DNA of 55,050 bases, the filler included, from Sphacelaria rigidula (Eukaryota), in NCBI GenBank assembly GCA_964200075.2. It is 4 parts of 4 records of this genome, joined end to end, with 100 filler letters (N's around TTAATTAATTAA, not from the genome) between each part and the next. Parts side by side here need not be neighbours in the genome. Positions count along the whole stretch, not along the records: positions 1 to 13,689 come from CAXNAA020002720.1; 3 more parts are not named here. One strand, 5' to 3'. The first letter of the stretch is position 1. Each line of letters begins with the position of its first letter. Under the pieces are notes generated by a model that was not told the DNA's origin, did no database searches, and worked only from the letters and a program-made list of their open reading frames with translations. Both the position numbers and the translations under genes were made by a program. Positions 1-12,384 of this stretch are shown here, piece by piece.

Positions 1-185
1 GGTCTTCCGTGCAAGAGAGAAATGCCACTTCAACCCCATATTTTGTATGAACCCCAAAATTTAAAATCGGCTGTTCATGGATAGTATTTTGACTGTAAGT
101 TGTCTTTAGCACAATCAAAGGCGACGCGTCCGTGGAAAATGGACAGCGAGGGGCCTCTGTGTTCATCGGTGTTGTAGATTGTTCC

Positions 186-495
186 CGCGCCCCGGTGGTC
201 TAATGGTACAACTGACACCATTAGGGTGGGACGAACGCGGGTTCGATTCCTGTCAGATGAGTTTTTTTTTTTTCAACAGTATCTGATCTTCATGGTTGAA
301 AGCGTGAGGACGTGAGCGGCGGAACAGTTTGTTAGACGAGAGTCAACGCGGTGCAAAAGTACCTGTGCTGATCAAATCGACGAGACAATAATGAAAGACG
401 TGTACCGGGGAGAGATGGGTCGGTCTCTTGAGACCTAGGACTCGTCCTGAGTCGTCCCGAGGAAGGGAAGGGGTTGACAGGGCGATCGAAATATA
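186..495 (+). mobile_element. tRNA-derived SINE (family A)
   Basis: Pol III A-box TGGTCTAATGG (196-206) and B-box GGTTCGATTCC (240-250). The ~250-bp body is colinear with a second copy at 47766-48090 (shared GAAAGCGTGAG.ACGTGAG, CGTGTACCGGGG.GAGA, CTTGAGACC..GGACTC, CCGAGGAAGGG.AGGGGTT). Confidence 0.75.
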
Positions 496-2293
496 GTGGC
501 AATAATCGGTATTTTCCCTTCAATATCAACTCCTTCGGACATGCTTGCCGCATGGATCAATTTGCGAATCTCTACTGCCCGCGTACAGCCGTCGAAATCA
601 CCTACAACGCCAAGAACCGTCGACTAAATATGCTCCCCCTACTATTCTATATTTAATACGTACAAAAAATAAAGCCCCACTATTCATGTGGTACACGCAA
701 ACTACCGTGCGATAACTGCTATCCCGGTGAATGTCGACACACTTTGGAGCGTGGTCCTGGGGTGGGGGGGGGGGGGACAATTAGTGCAAGGCAAATGCCG
801 ATGTAAAGCCAAGCTCCACGTTACATGTATTGTTGGTACAATCATCGGGGAGCTGACCTATATCACTGCACACCATGCACGTGGTGAATGATGTGTGTAT
901 ATAGACATCGCACTTTTTGCGAGCCAAGGGGCCTCATCTACAAGAATATATACTCCTCCCCACCCGATTTTTTCACAATACCACGCCTTGTTTTTTGCTG
1001 TTTTTCATCCAGAGCACGGAAGTTATTCACCTCTGACTGCACTATTCTTCAACTCGTCTGTGAGACTGATTCGAGATTCCCATGTCTGGTCGACCTACTG
1101 TGTACTCCTGTCAAATCTTTCATACAAACCCACAACAGCACGTTGCCCACCAAGCGTATGCAAACATATCGTAAGTGTATTTCCTGTAGTTATGACTCCT
1201 AGTTCGAGGTATATATGCGTTGGCTCTCGCCTGTCCCCCGTCCCCGTGTCATCATTCACCACGCCTTGCCACGATAATATACCGTATGTACCGATCGCAA
1301 CCCCCCCTCCCCTCCCCTCAAAGACGTAGATTCGGCGCAGCCACGGAGCTCTTGACACATGCTCAACCTAGACCGTCTCCGATGGCGTGAGGTTTCACGC
1401 AGTGACGTACGTGCATCGTTCGCGGCCGGGTCACCCGCCGATCCCACGAGTGCAGATGCCGCTTCTGTCGTTGCCCCCCCCCCCCGCCCCCCTCTCTCCC
1501 CCACAATGATCGTGAATGCTTACGAGGAAATCGGGTGCCCTCAGGTCGTAGGCATTGCTTGGTCGGCGTCACGTGGAGACGCGGTTTGTTCGTGCTTGCA
1601 GAACCCTTGAGAGGCGAGACGAGCGGGGCGCGCGGTAAATGTCGGGTCAGGCGGTGGGAGTAAAGGTGCTCACAATAAACGCCGCGACATTGCCTACCAA
1701 TCATTGATGTAACATTCCTACGATACCCGGAAGTAAAGATATACGCGATGTTCGCTGACCTGGGCGGTGTATCTCAACAGAAACGCCAGCTGCCAGCTAC
1801 TCATTTTCTTCTGCCAAGCGGATTTTACCATGGGGGTTAATGGGCACTTAGCGTGATCAAACACGGAGCTTGCTCGAGTTCACTCGATATAGAATCAACT
1901 GATGTGTCCCTCCTGGAGCAACATCATACACATACGTTCTTATGGGAGGGCATGCGGGAGGCGGACGCCAATGCAGCACACGCCAGACGGCGTGCCGCAC
2001 CAACTATCCCATATTGGTATGCACAAAGGAAGTGGTAACCTGAAAGAAAAATCTTCAAATCAAGAGACCGATCCGATGCACTCGCGTACCGCGCTAGAGC
2101 ACATCCAGCACAACAGACAAAAAACCAGAACTGCTCCAGCACACGTCCACACAAGCTTTGTTGCCACCTGATCACACCGATATCGCCAGCGTGTACATGT
2201 AACCCGACTCATATCCTTCTCTCATATGTTGCGAACTCGCTCGGTCTCCCATCATTACTATTTTTACGCTATCCTCATTTTGATCCACGTGTT

Positions 2294-2644
2294 TCATCGT
2301 TTTTTCCCGACTTTCCAAGGACCTCGAAAGATACCTTCAGTTGCTCCGAACCCCGATTCGCCGCCGCCGCTTCCACCCTCCCTCTGGTCCTCCTGGCCAC
2401 CGTTCTCACCGCCCCCGCCGCCTTTCAGCGGCTGCATCCCTTGGGTCCGAGACTGCGGCCGGGCGTCGCCAGTAGCATCAGTACCGGCTGCGCTGCGTGC
2501 ATTTCGTCGCCTAGTCCTCTCGTCATCACCGCCGCTGTGTCGACGACTGCGGCGCGTGGCGCGCACGCGTCGCAGCGCCTGGCTGAGCTCGAGCGCTTCC
2601 GTCGTCTTCGCTGCGGCGGGGGAGGTGGAAGACCCGTCGAATAC
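2294..2644 (-). CDS. Possible extra 3' exon of the CEP83-like gene (low-complexity, Gly/Arg-rich)
   Basis: TTTGTCAG acceptor before 2644. Open GC-rich frame VFDGSSTSPAAAKTTEALELSQALRRVRATRR... The upstream donor it would splice to was not identified. Confidence 0.35.
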   Translation of the reverse strand, partial: VFDGSSTSPAAAKTTEALELSQALRRVRATRRSRRHSGGDDERTRRRNARSAAGTDATGDARPQSRTQGMQPLKGGGGGENGGQEDQREGGSGGGESGFGATEGIFRGPWKVGKKR

Positions 2645-3089
2645 CTGACAAATATCCCATGAAACGTGGTCGCAGTTCGTTGGGACAAAAATCGTGCAAA
2701 AAGGTATCCAAAAGGGGGTGTTGGTCATACCATCGTGCAAAGGAGAGGAGGAAGCAAGGTGTACCTGGTATGAAAGCATGAAGACGTCGTTATCGTTTTG
2801 GGACGGAAAATGGTACATTAGGTTGCATCAGGGGTAAATAGTGGTCGCTTGTTCGTTGGTCCTCTCTAGTAGGCAATTGCAGATCCCGACACCTGCTCCC
2901 AAGGAAAATCCACCCGTCGACGGGACACTTTGCCCACTCGCCGCCAAAGCACACAAATACGCGTGGGATAAGGGAGGGGGGGGCGTTCTCATGTGTTGCT
3001 TGCCTTAGTCGTTTGACCATTGACCATTGAGGATAAGGGAGGGGGGGGGGACAATTTCCACATATCACACACCACAGTATTTTTGCGTA

Positions 3090-6000
3090 TCAAAATTCCT
3101 CCGACATCCTACACTGAGAAGCAAAACGTAAATGCACCATTCCAAGAGTAGAAGACATCGAATCCAGTCTGCGCCTCTCCTCTGCCTGTCCCATCATCCC
3201 CGCCCCGCCCTCCATTCCCAGACCAACCCCCTCGGCAGCAGCGCCCCTTCCCACTCTGGTCAAGCTCGCTGTCGCCGCCATAGCCGCTGCGGAGGCTCTC
3301 GCCTTAAGAACGTTCCTCGCCCGCAGTCCCCGCTTGTGAGCCTCGATAGCCTGTGCCTTGTAGGCTCTACTTCGCTTCCGCTCCTTATGGACCGCGCGCC
3401 GCGCTCGCCGCCGGATGTTCTCCACTTCGCGGTGAGCATGCGCCATATGCGAGTCACGCTCGGCGCAGGCGGCACGTTTGATGTCCTTCAGAGCCCGGAC
3501 GTGCGCCTCCCGCGCCTGGTCAGTTTTTTCAGAAAGCGCGGCGTGGGAGGGAGGGAGGGAGGGAGGGAGGGAGGGAGGGAGGGAGGGAGGGGGCGGGGGC
3601 GAGTAGCGGCAAGCGATCACTCTTTGAGCACAAGACGTCAGCAGATTTAGTTTCCTGCCGAAGAAACTTCTCCACCGACAAAAATTGGAAAAAGAAGCAC
3701 TCATGTTCCGACGTGCCGGACGAAGTGTATATTTCATGTATGGGATCTACCCCCACACTCTGACCTGATCAGCCTCCCCAGCGAGGATCGCCATATCCTT
3801 TTCCATCATCTGCAAGCGCGTGCGGAGCCCTTCGTTCTCTCCCTCTACCTCGGCCGTCGCGTCACGCTCTTGTTGGGTACGCTGGGATGCCGCCACTGCC
3901 GCCAATCTTGCCTCGTCGCGCTCTCGGGCCATCTCCGCCGCTGCCTCGACGCTCCGGTCCGCCCCGGATTGTAACGCTGCTATCCGTTCTCTTAGCGCCT
4001 CTTTCTCACGGAATGTTCTCGAAGCCTCGGACTTCGCGCGATCTGCATCTCCTCTGTGTTTGGATTGGGTTCGTTGCGTAGTTGGGTGACTGGTTGCGTG
4101 GGCGGTTCGGTAGGTGAGTACGTGTGGATGTGAAGTGGGTATATATCGGGAGATGTAGCAGAAGGGTAGAATGGGTGAAACACGCTTGTGTGAGCATAAT
4201 TACAAATGGCAAGCGGTCGGTCGGAGTGGGTCTGTGGCAAGCATATGCGGCAGGGTGCTTAGGGGTGCTACTGAGTGCCACCATGGCAGGTAACGGCTCC
4301 ATGACGAAGCAAGAAACCGTCTACGGAATGCTCTCAATAGCTGGGATGGGGGGGTGCACGAAAACGAGAGGCACTTCTCACACGCAGAAAAACAAGTACT
4401 ACAAATGTCCACCGGAATAACCAGAAAAGAAAACGCAGCGAAACTATTCCAAACAGAAGCACGCTCAAGCATTACTATGGTACCTTCTCCGCTGGATTTC
4501 TTGCTGAGCTGTCGATCCCTCCCGTTCGGCCTCATTTCTCAGTCTCTCCACCTCCGCTTCTAACCTTCCCAAAGCCTCACGGAGAACACGAGCCTCCTTG
4601 TCGGTTTTGTGGAGCACGCGCTCTTCCATTTGTTGGGCTCCCCGGACGCGTTCGGCTGCCTGCTCCGAAATCTCACGGCACCGCCGCTCTGTCATCGCCT
4701 GCACATACACCCCGAGCGCACACGGAGGTGAACAACGAGAACGAGGCAAAATAATTCGGTCGGATGTTTTCAAAAAATGACCAAAACCAAACATTTTGGC
4801 ACCTTAAATACATCTCTTACTGCACGAGGTCAGATCCTTCGTTATGACGGTAAATTGTGCCTGTAGACGACCATCATAATTGTGCGCCGCATTGACTCAC
4901 AACTCGCTTGACCAGTGCCTCGTTGCCAGCCTTGAGCTCCGCCTTCTCCCTCCCCCACTCCGTCGCCAGGCGCTCCGCCGCATGCTTGGCCTCTGCACGA
5001 GCTTCGAGCGCTATCCTATCCTTGCCCGAACAAGCCTCCTTGAGCCTACAAAGCTCCTCCAAAGCGTCCTGCAGGCGATCTCGCGCTTCTTCCGACTGGC
5101 GGCGGCGGCGACCGGCCAAGTCCTCAACGTCCGCACAGCGCCGCTGCAATACCTGTTTGTCCGCCTCAAGGTTCGACGCCTGCGTTTTGAGGGAATATGC
5201 CAACGAGGAATGATCAGACAGGGTTGAAAATCGACTGTGTGTGGGGTAAATCCGTAATTGAAGGACAACTTTCCTTCCACAACGTGAAACATATTAGTGT
5301 CTGTAGCAAAGTTGAAGGGAAAAGTGGAATTAAACGTTTGTAGGAGTTTCCCGCCGAAAATATGTCTACTCCTCGTGTTCAAGTTGAAACGCTTGGTACT
5401 GGACTGCTATCAACTGTGTTGTATCCTCTGTGAATCTGTTCGGCAGCTTTCAGTAGCTCGCGGAAAATTGCACAAAAACCGTACAAAACCGTACTCGTAG
5501 ATATATCTTTCCTGCATAAAATTCTTGTTCCCCGCACGGATCGTACACACATGTATATTTATACGCACACAGGGAGCACGGCGACCAAAACTTGCAAGGA
5601 GGCGGGCAGGCGCTGCGGCTGAGTGCTGCGCCTACGTTCTTGTCCACCGACCTTCATGTGCAACGCAGCAGTTTCGCTCTGGTGAGCCAGCATCAGCTTG
5701 TGCCTCTCCAGCTCCGCCGCTTCCTTCTGGGATCGCACTGCAGCCATTTCTGCGTGTACTTGTGCCTTCATCGCCTCGGCTTCGTCCAGCTGCCGCCGCA
5801 GGAGGCGCAGCTGCGATCCGCGTGACCAACAGGCGGGACACGACAGGGGGTGGGAAGGGCGTCACGGGAGAAGGGGGGGGGGCAATAAAACACCGAGTCA
5901 TGGCATACGTATGGCCAGGCGGCCGTTACGATGATATACACTCATCAGCAAAGAACTGACGGGGAGCCGCGGAGAGAGAGACTCATCGACCCCTTGACCC

Positions 6001-7930
6001 GCCCCCCCCCCTCTCTCCCCCTACCCCACCGGCCCATCTGTTCGTCCTCCGGCCCGCTTTTCACGTCGTGTAATGTCAATTCTTCCTGGTCACAGCATAT
6101 TTCTCTGTCATTTCCAAGGTGTGCCGTACAGATGCTGACCGCCGCTGTATCAGAGAGAGGGAGACATTGCTAGCGGCGAACAGTCCGTCGGCAATATGTT
6201 TTTTCGCAAACACGAGACAACTTGACAGGATAACAGAGCAAATGTCTCGCGAGAAAGGGGTAAGTGGGGGCGTCGGCGGGAACGACGATTGTGTGCTGTA
6301 TGAGGTGAGGGTGGACTGGCTTGTTTGGGAGAGGGAGGGGAGGTCGTGGTCAGCGCCAGCTGTACCTCTTCGTCCCTCGCGGCGTCGGCGAAGGATCCTT
6401 CCAGGTCCTGTATCCTCAGTTTCAGAGCATGCGACTCGGCTATATGCTGCTGGTGGGAAGCCTCCATCTCCCGACCCTGATCTATAGTGTACTGCTCGTA
6501 CTCCGCCTTAGAACGAATGAAACGCGAGAAGTCACGAAAAATAAAGGGAGCGCACACATCAAGAACGACAGGGGCAGATCATCCATTAACCGCATGCACG
6601 AAACAAACAGAATGTGTACGCAATTCGAGAACAAAAGTGTGAGAATTTGACCCACCGTTAATGGGGTGTAGATGTACTGTACGGCCAGCACGCCGTCGTT
6701 GAAGGTGAGGTGTACCCAGTACCGACAATGACGTGGGCAGCAACAGCGCTACAGGCAACGTTTCAACATTTACGCACGGAACAGAGGTAGCACAGTGTAG
6801 TGCCGCGGCACGTGTGGACCTTATCCTTCAGTACAGCGCTGATCTCTTACTCCCCGCACCTCCCTGCAAATCCGCACCTTGCACCGCTCGTACTCTCGCC
6901 GGACACCAAAGAACATCTGTCGGTGCTTGTCGACTTCCGCCTCGAGTAGCCCCACACGGCGCTGGTGAGGCACCTCCAGTTCCTCCTGCACCTTGGCCCT
7001 GAGTATGTCCAAGTCCTGGGGCACCAGCTTCGCCTGCAGCGCCTCCAGTTCGCGCGTGCGCGCCTCCAGCTGCACCTTCCACTTGTACACCAAGGTTTCC
7101 GTGCGCTGGTCGGCGTCCACACGGTTTTCCACCGCCTCCAAAAGTTGCACCCTGGTGGCGTTGTGCTTCTCTCGCAGCTGGATAAGTTCCGCTCGCACGG
7201 CTTCGTAGTTGGCCTTCAGTTTGTCGTTTTGGTTGCTGAGGGCCTGTTATTTGTTGTGAGTTGTTTGTTTGTTGTCTATTGCGTGTCGTCGTGTGTCGCT
7301 GTTGTGTTGCGGCGGGTGCTGGGGTATGAAGACAGGATGGCGAAGTGGGTAACGTGCTTTGTTGTTTCTGATGTTGAACCCTTGAACGTCAAGGCCGGGT
7401 CATCCGTTGAATCGGGATCATGACGGTCACTTGTAAAATGACTACATATTCCAGACGATCCACTCTGTACTGTGATCAGGTACTGCTCGGACGTGGCACC
7501 TTACCGCTCACCGTTCTTCTTGAAGGCTTCGCACAGTGGCCACCAGTTATGCAAAGGTCAAGCTCGGGTTTACTACCTCCCGTACTGTATGGGCAGGTAC
7601 TCTGTGTACATTGCAGTGCAGTACAAGTCGCTTCCCAGCGCTAGCCGTACGAGGCTTCCGTGATGTGTACCCCGCCTCATGGTTGTTTGACTGCTTCGGA
7701 GTGGGAATTTTTTTAAAATTGAGATGTCATTGATACAATTCCCAACACCTCCGATTTTCGCGCTTTCTGATACAAGAGAAAGAGAAAGAAAGGGAGAGTA
7801 CCTGGCACACCCCAACGGTTCGCTGCAAGTCTCCTTGAAGGCTTCCAACCGTTGCCAAGAGCTTCTCATACTGCCCTCCGAGGCTGTTTGCCGCGGCATC
7901 ACCTCGTGTATCCGCGGCAGTCGCCGCCAT
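3090..7930 (-). CDS. CEP83: CEP83/CCDC41-like centriolar distal-appendage coiled-coil protein. Exons 7930-7802, 7243-6878, 6506-6366, 5810-5652, 5179-4901, 4698-4484, 4053-3765, 3515-3090 (3' end uncertain)
   Basis: All introns are GT-AG with consistent phases (0,0,0,0,0,2,0). The spliced protein is heptad-rich. QLEARTRELEALQAKLVPQDLDILRAKVQEELEVPHQRRVGLLEAEVDKHRQMFFGVRREYERCKAEYE resembles, from memory, the CEP83 core (LELLRAQIQQELETP...EEVEKYR...KSEFE). SNLEADKQ resembles CEP83 RSLEAEKQ. Confidence 0.8.
3545..3590. repeat. (GGGA)n microsatellite in CEP83 intron 7, acting as the polypyrimidine tract on the minus strand
   Basis: Read directly from the sequence. Confidence 0.95.
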
Positions 7931-8454
7931 ATCTTTGGTTCTCAACTGCACTACACTGTTACGACCGGTTCGAGCGGGTCCGCCAGACCGCACCTCACGC
8001 GCAGCACAGGTAGCAGTCTCCAACAGCTAAACAGCAGTCTCTAGTAACTGCCTCGAGGAGAGTAATGGTGAACAGTAAGGCATGGTAGGTATCCCCTTGC
8101 AATATTGACGGCGCCTATATAGCTATGAGATACAGCCCACACTCCTATCATGCTCTGTCTGGGGTTGGGCTGATCTGGACAATTTTACGTTACTGGGTAG
8201 AAAGGAAAAGGTTGTACCCCTCTCGCAGCCCCGGGTAGGTATGTTTATAGTTTGGGGTACCCCCACTGAATAACACCACCGTGCCGGTAGGGTGGATACA
8301 GCAACCAGCTCTCGACAACAGACGCACTTTCTTGGCTTTTCTTCAGCAAGCAGCACCGAACGGATTGTGCTGTGCGCCACTTTTCTGGGCTGTTTCGCTG
8401 AGGCTGTTGTGCATTGCCGTTTCACCTTCTCGAGTTGTGGAAGAGCCGCTAGAG

Positions 8455-9781
8455 ATGCCCAACTTCAAAGCAGGGTGTACGGTGAGTGATGAACAAACCT
8501 CATGATTCGCGTGGATGCGGCCACGCTAGTGACCTGCTTTACCCTACCGTTGTCACCTGCTGATGATACCGTCCGGAATGGCGCGCTGTCTCCACTTGAT
8601 GTTGATGACTGTTTCTGTTCATTGGAGATGCGATCATACACACTTTTCTTGCACATGATACATGATATATGGTCGCAAGATGTTCCACCCGGTACCTGCG
8701 GCATTTCCTAATCTTGGAAGGCCTTGGTGCCCTGTATTACCTGCAGTGTACAGTAGTGTTATTACCGGGCAGTAATATATGGAGGCGGTATTTTGGAAGG
8801 TTCCAGACACAGCGAACCTCATGTCTGATGATGCCGAAACTTCACGTATGTGTAGGTAAAGGTCACAGATAGTTGTTAAGGCAAACAATATCAGCGATCA
8901 AAGACGTTTTGTGCGCTGCCTGGGTTCAAGGGTTGATTCATGCACAATGCTTCAACAACCCACATTTCGTAAAATTTCAACATTTTCAACTTCTCATGGC
9001 ATTTGGAGAAGGTGCGATATTAAACCGACGCGTAGGCAGCGTCCTGTCAACTAGCATGATCGTTTGAGTCGGTCCGCTCATTGGTCGACGCTTGCAATAA
9101 CACAGGTAACAACCACCGTTCAGGATATTTCATATCTGTGAGGTTGCTGTCCTCAACGTTTATACGCCAGCTCGCGCAAGACGTGACCGTGGAGCGGAGT
9201 CGAAGAGAACTCTTCTGCCATTACAGACCACCTGGAGCTGTTCTAAAAGGGAACGACATCCCCTTTAACCCTTAGACCGCGAGATTAGTCTTTCTGGACC
9301 ATGCATACTTTTATTCACTTGAAATTGATGCGGATTCAACAGAAGACTAACCTCGCGGTCTAAGGGTTCAAACAGCTCGAGATCTTGAGTTGAGGGTATC
9401 AAGACAGACTGTTCACCACGGGGGGGGTTGCTCATGTATTATCTCATCAGAATCAACCTTGGATTTTCGCTGACGGGGCTCCTACGAGAATATCTTAACC
9501 CTTAGACCGCGAGGTTAGTCTTCTGTTGAATCAGCATCAATTTCGAGTGAAAAAAAGTATGCATGGTTCAGAAAGACTCATCTCGCGGTCTAAGGGTTAA
9601 GCTTGCACTGACATCACCTGATCGACCATTTGCGGAGTTTTTTACCTGCTCTCAGAATGCGACAGAGTGCAGCTTTCATTTTTCACGAATGGATCGCGGG
9701 TGCTCCAGCCCTATGAAGGCGTGGCTCGCATCGTATAGTCTGTACGGTAGCACTGGCTCAAAGTACACTGCACGTTGTGTG
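8455..9781 (+). CDS. Possible divergent gene start: exons 8455-8481 (MPNFKAGCT) and 9656-9781 (NATECSFHFSRMDRGCSSPMKAWLASYSLYGSTGSKYTARCV)
   Basis: Both exons end in a GTGAGT donor, the second follows a TTTTTTACCTGCTCTCAG acceptor, and the phases are compatible. No recognisable homology. Confidence 0.25.
9269..9366 (+). mobile_element. 98-bp piggyBac-type MITE, copy 1
   Basis: TIR CCCTTAGACCGCGAG...CTCGCGGTCTAAGGG, flanked by TTAA on the left and TTCA on the right. Confidence 0.85.
9499..9596 (-). mobile_element. 98-bp piggyBac-type MITE, copy 2 (inverted relative to copy 1)
   Basis: Same TIRs, TTAA on both sides. The internal sequence is the near reverse complement of copy 1. Confidence 0.9.
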
Positions 9782-10541
9782 GTGAGTTCGAGTTGGAGGA
9801 TACATTTCGTATATTAAGCGCTTCCGACCTACACAGTGATACGCATCCTTGGCCATCCGGGCGCCTCAGCCACCGACGTAGGCTGTAGCACCACCTCTCG
9901 GTGTTGATGTGGACACCTCTCTTCCAAAGACTTGTTCCCCTCTACAGCAGTAACCTTATCACGTTTCACACCGTGGAGCATGTTCATTTTAAACAAAACC
10001 TGCGCCATAGAAAAAAAAAGTCGCGAAAAATCTCCATTTTGTTGGACCGGAGTAACACTGGAAGCAATACTGTCTGTTGATGCAGGCAACCAACACCAAC
10101 AGTCAACCCCTTGACCTCCTAGCACCCCCCAGCTCGCCACACTCCAAATATTTCTACAAGCCCAAATTTGGCGGGGGGACGGGGATGGACGGGCTGCTCA
10201 ACCGTGGTAACCAGTAGTGCAGCTCAAGACCTCAATCGTGACCAAGGGAGACATCGTTCGCCCCAATGGACAGCTATGGCGTACGTACTCCGAGGGCAAG
10301 GGCCTTCAAGACGGGGGTGTACACCTTTAAGTTTTCGTGGAAGAGTAATGCCATAGCTCCAGATAAGTAGTAATACCATGAGTAATTTACACGTATTATG
10401 GTATGCTCAGGTGTCGGACAATTTCATACAATTGAGTGGGCAAATATATGAAGTCTGTACATAAAAAAAGAGGCGGGAGGGAAGGGGTACTCTAATTTCA
10501 AGTAATTCAGATGCCAGACGTGGCCAGGCTTCTGAAATGTA

Positions 10542-10743
10542 CTGCTTCAAGTATAGGCCTATTTCGACTATCCTCGGCTAGGCCTATTTCGACTATACTC
10601 GGCTAGGCTTATTTTGACTGTTCTCGACTAAGCCTATTGCGACTATTCTCGGGCTAAGAACAGTCGAGACTATTCTCGGGCTAAGAACAGTCGAGACTAT
10701 TGTCGGGCCGAGAACAGTCGCAATAGGCCTATACTTGAAGCAG
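10542..10743. mobile_element. Tc1/mariner-type MITE with internal 23-28-bp tandem repeats
   Basis: TA|CTGCTTCAAGTATAGGCCTATT...AATAGGCCTATACTTGAAGCAG|TA. Interior repeats GCCTATTTCGACTAT.CTCGGCTAG and GACTATTCTCGGGCTAAGAACAGTCGA. Confidence 0.8.
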
Positions 10744-10942
10744 TACAGTTCATATCTATTGTAACTATTGACCATATATTGTCCAAGTCGTGATGGATTC
10801 ACATTGCTTGCGAAAATTCGATACGCGCTAACCGCGAGTTTGAGAGGTCGAACTGATGTAGTGATTAAAAAAACATCAGTAGAGCGGCTGACTTTTTGAG
10901 CTTCTGGAGACTGTGCCGCACCCTATATACGCTGGGCTGATA

Positions 10943-11526
10943 CGCTGGGCCAGCCAGGAAACTCACCCTCCTTCCGCACACGATAACTTTTTGAGTTTCC
11001 CGAATCAGCCCGATAAAAGTATATCGCTATGAACTGCAGCGTGCTGGTGACACGCTCTGCCGCTAATAAGAGAAGGTATGGTACTGCATAATATATTACC
11101 TCAACGACGAAACCCGATTCTGCAAAAATAAGTAATTGCCGGGATTCGAACTCGTGGTCCTCTGCTTTTGCGGACGTCTCTCATACCAGTTAGATAACAG
11201 GGTGCAGCGGTGTCACACAGAAAGCAGAATACCCTGCCCAATTTTTTATCTTTTAGCTGAAATTTTACGAGGACCTTCTACACGCAAGTTAAAGATTCTT
11301 CACGGAAACAGCCAGTTTTTTTTCTCATCGAGTGATGATTTTTTTCATCTCTAGAAATTTCAAATCCTTCGCAACTTTTTTTTATTTTTCCTTGGCTACT
11401 CTCGCTGCTTTCCGCGTATTGACGATACTAGGTAACCTCGTGTCAAAATTTCAGCTGCTGGCTCCAAAACTTAAGCAAGGTAAATATGTTCAACCCCCAA
11501 TAGAATGTCTTGCCTGGCCCAGCTCG
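10943..11526 (-). mobile_element. Non-autonomous TIR element (CGAGCTGGGCC termini, TA flanks) with an internal tRNA-like segment at ~11135-11200
   Basis: Right end GGCCCAGCTCG|TA and degenerate left end TA|CGCTGGGCCAGCC. Internal blocks are colinear, in reverse orientation, with the element at 25831-27108. Confidence 0.6.
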
Positions 11527-11959
11527 TAGGTGTATAAGGGGGATGCCGGAAAGATCAGCTCACCAAACCACTTGCTTGTGTGCGGTGGAACACTCCTGCA
11601 GAAAATGAGCGGCTCGTAGATGCCCTCGTACGTTTTCAGTAGTGGGTTTCGGACGATATGTTTTTTTTCAAGGGCAAATAATGGGGGATGGAGAAGGATA
11701 TCGCACCAGAACTGAGAGATATACCGCCCCCATTCGGTCCTACTGTTTTCCATGTGGCCATCTCAACATTTGCTTGGCACGTATACTTGGTAGGCGGTAC
11801 ATGCTGTCTTGCGCAAGTAAGCGGTGAGCTCTACCTGTACTAGTTCCACTGCGGCGATGTACTCGAGCAACATGCGCTTCGCCTTGCTTTTGCAGTCTTT
11901 GTACTTTCAAGGCGTTGCTGGGGCACCTCCTGCATGTGTTGAAATTACACTACGTATCG

Positions 11960-12035
11960 CCACACCCCGGTGGTCCACCGGTACAACTGACGCCGTTAGG
12001 TTGGGGGAACAGACACGGGAGTAACGTCGGTTTCG
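11960..12035 (+). mobile_element. Truncated, degenerate SINE family A head
   Basis: CCCCGGTGGTC...GGTACAACTGAC.CC.TTAGG matches 190-225. Confidence 0.6.
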
Positions 12036-12144
12036 TCTCTCTCAGTGTTGAAGAAGACAGTGGGCAGCTCTTGACAACACGAGAGGGAGTAGGCAGGCGG
12101 TGAATATTAGAGAGAGCAAAATCGTCCTCTCTTTTCGTGTGTGT

Positions 12145-12350
12145 GTCCATGGTTGATGGTCAAATGGTGAGATGCAGCTTCACCTTCAGGTGGGCGGCAT
12201 CACGGTTTGGTCGTGGGTTCGAATCTGGGAGCCATCTGGGATTTTTGCTCACACAATACCCAACGGTGGAGAGCGACTATGTCGTGAGTACACAAAAATC
12301 GACTCAACAGGCGACGAGGAAAGGAGACTGCTGAACCCCTCTCTCGATAA
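12145..12350 (+). mobile_element. Probable second tRNA-derived SINE
   Basis: A-box TGGTCAAATGG and B-box GGTTCGAATC, no intact cloverleaf. Only one copy in the window. Confidence 0.4.
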
Positions 12351-12384
12351 AATATGAAGGCAAGCACCGCAAGGTTCACGCTTA

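Noticed and set aside
186..260. Functional tRNA genes (also at 11135-11200, 12145-12235, 26540-26610, 47766-47840)
   Set aside because: A/B boxes are present, but I could not form a proper acceptor stem and cloverleaf. Most continue into shared repeat bodies.
10555..10730. 23-28-bp repeats that look like a CRISPR array
   Set aside because: The units are head-to-tail with no unique spacers, lie inside TIRs with TA flanks, and there are no cas genes in this eukaryotic context.
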